64,000 nt of DNA, from assembly GCA_032718475.1 (NCBI GenBank), contig JAUCBJ010001093.1, positions 1 through 64,000 of the forward strand, in the 5' to 3' direction. A program made the translations under genes and the position numbers. The DNA is from Nemertoderma westbladi. Taxonomy: Eukaryota > Animalia > Xenacoelomorpha. Below the pieces are notes generated by a model that was given only the letters and a program-made list of their open reading frames with translations, ran no database searches and was not told the origin of the DNA. Positions 59,301-64,000 of this stretch are shown here, one piece after another. Numbering within the stretch: position 1 is the first letter of the stretch; every line of letters starts with the position of its first letter.

Positions 59301-60090
59301 AACATAACATGAATTTGGGTAAAATATGCCTTGCAAATTTTGTTCAAGTTATGATTGCTCAGGCAGCTTTCAAGAGTTTGCCAAACCAAATGGTAACTTT
59401 GGTCTCTGAGAAAAGAGCTTTCGAATGAGCCTAAAACGAACTTCGTACGACCACTAGATTATACATTTTGTAGATCTCCGATTACCGATAAGTCTATTCC
59501 GTGTAATCCCGCAAAGACCGCAGAGTTGCTTATTCGAGTCCCGTCTTCATTCCGGAGACTTGAAGTTGTATTATAAACTGATCAGTAGGTCCAATAATCA
59601 TAAAAAAATACCTTCTCATTTAAAATTTTGTGCTCTTTCTCATGGAGACATCCAATTAGCACCACTGAGCACAGAAATATGCAGAAATTGAATGCAAACC
59701 CCAAACTTCATCGCCTTTACCGATATCGCGATATATCGGAGCCAGTATCTTCTATCCCAGATACCTCGAAAACTAAGCAAGATATGGGAAAACGGTTTCC
59801 ATATTTGGATTCAGCATGAAATTCTGCATCAGATAGGATATGTTTAAAAAATTCGACTTTTTGGTCAGAAAATGCGCTACCCCCCCCCCCCCCCTTAACA
59901 CAAGAATTTTATTATTCAGATCCGTTTGTGCTTTGTAACATTCAGCGCACTTACTGTACGTACATCCTTCTATGGTAGTAATCTTTGGGACCTCTTTTCC
60001 TCATCTTGTTCTAGAATTTTTAGTACTTGGAATATTAATGTTAGGATAATATTAGGGTTACTGTATAATTCACACAGGATTATTGTTGAA
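56391..60090 (+). pseudogene. Remainder of the LINE ORF2 (APE C-terminal part and RT), with many stops and frameshifts
   Basis: ITGDFNAD, YTYT..STLDHF, IIPLIKDK..SNYRTIAL, QFRFQKGSSTTHC, GVRQGSVASP, FSTN..KSKCV and FYGSNLWDL. Confidence 0.85.
58761..59894. mobile_element. Foldback MITE, Kolobok-like (TTAA TSD, GG...CC ends)
   Basis: TTAA at 58757-58760 and 59895-59898. About 500-bp inverted arms start GGGGGGGGTAGCGCATTTTCTGACCAAAAAG. The element is inserted in the LINE RT region. Confidence 0.88.
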
Positions 60091-60290
60091 AATGTTTACT
60101 GTTTACTGTTTATTGACATTATTTATTTACTTATTTTTGGAATTATATTTTTTTACTATAGCCATAATGTATTTATTATTATATCTTTTGGTTTTACTGT
60201 TGTGCTTTTGTGTACCCTAATGAAAATCTGGTGTACGAAATTAAATTAAATTAAATTAAATATAAATCTTTCTGGAATTCTATGTGATGA

Positions 60291-60920
60291 TTAGTAGCTG
60301 TTTAAGGTTTCGTATAGATCTCTTGCCGGTGAGTTAAGGAGTATAGGCCCAACTTCTTTAGCCGTAATATTGTCAAGGGCGGCTACAACGTGATGGAATT
60401 TCGTAGAATCAGTCGTTATATTGCGGGTGGCAAATTGGGATTCAATATGAACAAACCAGATTTCTGGGTTTTCCGTCCAGAACGAGGGCAGTTTTAATCC
60501 GACGGCCTGAACTGCGTTACCAGTAGTGTCGTTAATGGCAGAGTTAGCAGCTGTGGGAAGGAAACCTTGTAGGGCCGCAGCCAAGGCTGTTATATCCTCG
60601 GCGGAGAGAGGCATTGTGGCACGAATAGGCCCTAGCTGGTTTTATAGATAAAACATTGAGTTCACAATATTCTATTGCCGGGTCACCAATTTGGCGAACA
60701 AGCTAATATAATGCAATTATTATTTATAAGATAAAGGAATATGTGATTAACAACAATATGAGACAATTTAATATAATATTCGATATATAGTCCTACAGTG
60801 TGCAGTGCGACAGCAGTGCTGGTGTGTGCTGTACGGTATCTGATAGTGGAAACTGGGCGAGAGTTGTTGTTGTCTCTGTTGCCTAGCAACATTATATATG
60901 GTTGTGTTCTGTATGCCACA
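60291..60920 (-). mobile_element. Ty3/Gypsy 5' fragment: LTR (about 60692-60920), PBS and start of gag
   Basis: The minus strand reads TGTGGC...GTTCGCCA, then AAT and TGGTGACCCGG (PBS). Gag sequence: AVGLKLPSFWTENPEIWFVHIESQF..ITTDSTKFHHVVAALD. Confidence 0.8.
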
Positions 60921-62938
60921 GTACAACTGCTGTATCTTGATAATTACTGTAATGTATTACATTATTTCCTAACACATAACAAAACATGCGGAATTAACAT
61001 TAATGGCTAGGAATTAAGTTTAATGCTAAGGATTAATTTCCTTGATTACCCTTAATGACTGCAACATATACAAAGTAAATTACGAAAAGTATACGGTGCA
61101 TGAGAATAGGTAGCTGAAATATTTAAACAGAACAAAATGCTAATTTTTATTATTGGAAATCCATCCACATCGTCATGCTTTCTAATCATATCGATTAAAA
61201 ATTGATGATAATAATTTTGAATAACCATGTGAACAGTGTCAGAGTATATAATTTAATTCGATGTTCGTCGGTGTTTCAAATACCAACAGCTGGTTTATTG
61301 GGTTTGTTAAGAACTCGGTATTTCGAATCTTAATTAACAATCTCTGCGATCTAAGGAAATTCAATTCTTAGTTATTTTAAGCGTTTCAATTCACTTATCT
61401 CTACCAGCAAATTCCTATGAACGCAATTAAATGTTAAATGTTGAACATGGGACGTGACATTTTCTGCGTTTTTTCGATAAATTATACCTTAAATATAACG
61501 ATGCATGGTACTGTATCATTAAAATTATTTTTAATTATTATATAAGATATATTTCATATATTCATTAAAAGGGATATATGGGGAGGGGGGAGGGACTGGA
61601 AGCTAATCCCATCTCGGAGAATTAATATCTCGCCTCTGTGTTAAATATTATTAAATATTATATTCAATTTTTAAGGAAAGGAGCAGGTTAAAGTGGCACG
61701 TTATTCGACCAAAACAATAAACTAATGTCAACAGAACAGGTTACATATTTATTTTTTGGGAGTAATCAGCTATTTGCATCGATTTTCCTCTGGAAAGGGA
61801 TACATTTTCTTTGAAACGAAGGTCCCTACACCCCCCCCCCCCCCCCCCCCCCCCTCCCTCCTCCTTTAACTGTTCAATTTTTACAATAATTGAGTTCAAA
61901 TGTAATTAAATATAATTAAGTTTCTAAAATATCCAATAAAATTATAATTGATATCCTATGAATATTTCTTAGTAATCAATGAATTGAATATATCATATCG
62001 AATGAAAGTAGAAATATATTTTAGAGGACGCTCGCAAGAACATATCTAATTGATTTTAATCAACCAAATTATTTCAAGTCAAATTTATAACATTTCCACG
62101 AAGAAACTTGAGCACATCCGATCTGTTGTAAATGCCATTGAAGTTTTGAGTTTTCTTGTGATAATTAGATGGCATTGAAAATATGTCAGAGATTAACACG
62201 AAGCCCTTCCATGGGATACTTTCTCAAGAAGGTCACATTCACTATCTTGCCATTTTTTGTTGGAAATAGCAAAGCGTTTTTCTGATAGTCAATCAGTGAC
62301 ATTCGAAACCAATAAGTGACACTGATTATTTTGCGCGGATGTATTTAATTACATTACCCTATCAAGGCCTTGTCACACCTAACGTATGACTTCAAAAGAA
62401 TGAAATTACCCGTATTACCCAGTTTGATAACTAAACCTCAGTTACCGTCTCCCATTTATACTGTAGTGTATCATCAAATGTGCTTCAAATCGAGTTGCCA
62501 GTTAGATGATCAACGTTTTATTTGTTGTTTTGTAATCAGCACTACTACCCCCCCCCCCCCCCCCCCCCCCCCGCAGATGTTGCGCTGTTAAACTGAAATG
62601 GTTTGAGGGTTTGGCTGATACCTACAGAAACAGCTCAGTAAGTTACATGAAACTTCTGGTCCAATGAAATTACGGTCCCCAAATTTTGTTGAGATTGTGA
62701 ATTGGCGTCAGACATTCCTGTCATTGTTAATAAATTGTCATTAAATTCTGATCTAGATGCAATAAAAAACAATTCTAAAATTTGTGATTATTATATGCGA
62801 ACACCCCCCCTAAAAATTTAAGGGGCCCCCAAATTTATATTAGCCGGTTAGCCCCGGGCCCCGATATAGCTTAATCCGGCCCTGTGTAAATTTCCCAGCC
62901 CTCACAGTCAGAAAGGTACTGGTGGTAAGTAAAGTTAA

Positions 62939-64000
62939 CCCTCTACCACATTTACATACATATATGATACAAACCATTTATGAGGCTATAAAACCATCCC
63001 ATTGGCCACTCACTCACTATTGTTTCTTGTAGAGGACTCTCTGATAATTGGACAATCCATTTTTATACAGTAAAACATAGCTCCATCTAGTGATCACATC
63101 AGGAAAGTGTTTGAGTTACTCATATTCCAAAACTCATACAACTTGAAAATCAGCTGTGTTTGATTAAACTCATTTAGTGTTCATGTAATGCACAGTAATA
63201 GAAAAAATATGATTTATGTGCCAAAATTAACAAGGAAGAGTCTGGTGACACCAAAAACGTGTAAAATTATAATTTTCATAATCAAATTGTTAATAATATG
63301 AATGTATCATATATGATACACTGCGTGTAGGAACTGCGTATCATATATGGTACACTGCGTTTATAGTGATCTTATCTGAATGTCAGATATATATTTAAGG
63401 ATAAAACTACCGGTTCCTTTTACATTTTTGTGTACCTTCATCGTAAAACTTTTATTATACTGCTCTTTGTGTCAAACTCCACCCACAATGGAAATATCAA
63501 CCAAAAAATTCTATCAGATATCTCGCCGGAACTTACCCTCGGATTCAAGCGACAGCGAACTTGAGTCGGGGGAGGAAGATGAAGATTTTGGAATCGATGA
63601 CAGTGTAAACTCTGAAGACAACATCAGTAATCCTGAAATGTTGGTTGATGATGAGGACAGTACCGGTAGGCCTATCGGAACCACTGAACAGCCCCAGCCT
63701 AAAATTGTTCATACTGACGAAGAAATCATTTCCGTACTAGAGTCTGCAGGCCTTATAACTGTAGATTTCGTAGATTATGCAGATAGTGAACCTGAGATAC
63801 CACAATCTAGACCAATTGTTCCTGCTCCAGAATCGCCACGCCCATTGATTAAAGCTTATCCTAAACGTACTCGATGTCCAAGAATTTCATTATCAGCTTC
63901 AACATCGCACAATAAGCATATACATGTTGAAAAAACAAGGTCAAAATCGAAGACAAATGCGCATCCATCTGCCGTCTTACAGGACGACCAATCGGTGTCA
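62939..64000 (+). mobile_element. Left part of a probable piggyBac transposon
   Basis: TTAA then CCCTCTACCACAT, with subterminal GTATCATATATGATAC-type palindromes near 63304 and 63338. An ORF follows at 63488. Confidence 0.6.
63488..64000 (+). CDS. Acidic N-terminus of a putative piggyBac transposase (runs off the window)
   Basis: MEISTKKFYQISRRNLPSDSSDSELESGEEDEDF..., open to the window end. No catalytic domain is visible here. Confidence 0.5.
   Translation, partial: MEISTKKFYQISRRNLPSDSSDSELESGEEDEDFGIDDSVNSEDNISNPEMLVDDEDSTGRPIGTTEQPQPKIVHTDEEIISVLESAGLITVDFVDYADSEPEIPQSRPIVPAPESPRPLIKAYPKRTRCPRISLSASTSHNKHIHVEKTRSKSKTNAHPSAVLQDDQSVS

Larger units (their letters stand above)
42640..60260 (+). 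mobile_element. Near full-length CR1/L2-group LINE interrupted by a BEL/Pao LTR element and a Kolobok-like MITE
   Basis: ORF1 at 42782-44101. APE motifs SYNSTGL and CLQEH lie before 44585 and ITGDFNAD after 56390. RT motifs SNYRTIAL and GVRQGSVASPILF are present. The element ends in a (TTAAA)n tail at 60238-60260. The 5' end is approximate. Confidence 0.88.

Noticed and set aside
62646-62732. Candidate first coding exon of the GPCR (MTGMSDANSQSQQNL...)
   Set aside because: The nearest donor is phase 0 but the TM1 exon needs phase 2, and there is no other support.

Overview
AT-rich animal (probably invertebrate) genomic DNA that is mostly transposable elements. One clear host gene is present: a multi-exon rhodopsin-family neuropeptide GPCR resembling TRH receptors, on the minus strand. 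Six exons were traced from 42596 down to 16728; the start-codon exon and the ECL2 exon were not resolved. Its introns hold LINEs, MITEs and satellites, including a 40-bp satellite that starts exactly at a splice donor and repeats it about 67 times. Left of the gene are a decayed Ty3/Gypsy element split by a LINE fragment, an intronless BAF-like ORF with a protamine-like tail, and an open Crypton-type tyrosine recombinase ORF flanked by CCGAGG hairpins. The best candidate for an unusual system is an 11.8-kb BEL/Pao LTR element (44585-56385; 540-bp LTRs with 2 differences seen, CTTAC TSD) nested in a CR1-like LINE. It keeps a very long Gag plus protease, has no recognisable RT, RNase H or integrase core, and carries a hairpin array followed by an open 850-aa ORF with a DEDDy-like 3'-5' exonuclease and three CCHC knuckles. 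An APE-type LINE with a Ulp1/SENP-like protease domain in its ORF1 region is also notable. All family calls come from motif recognition by eye; no searches were run.
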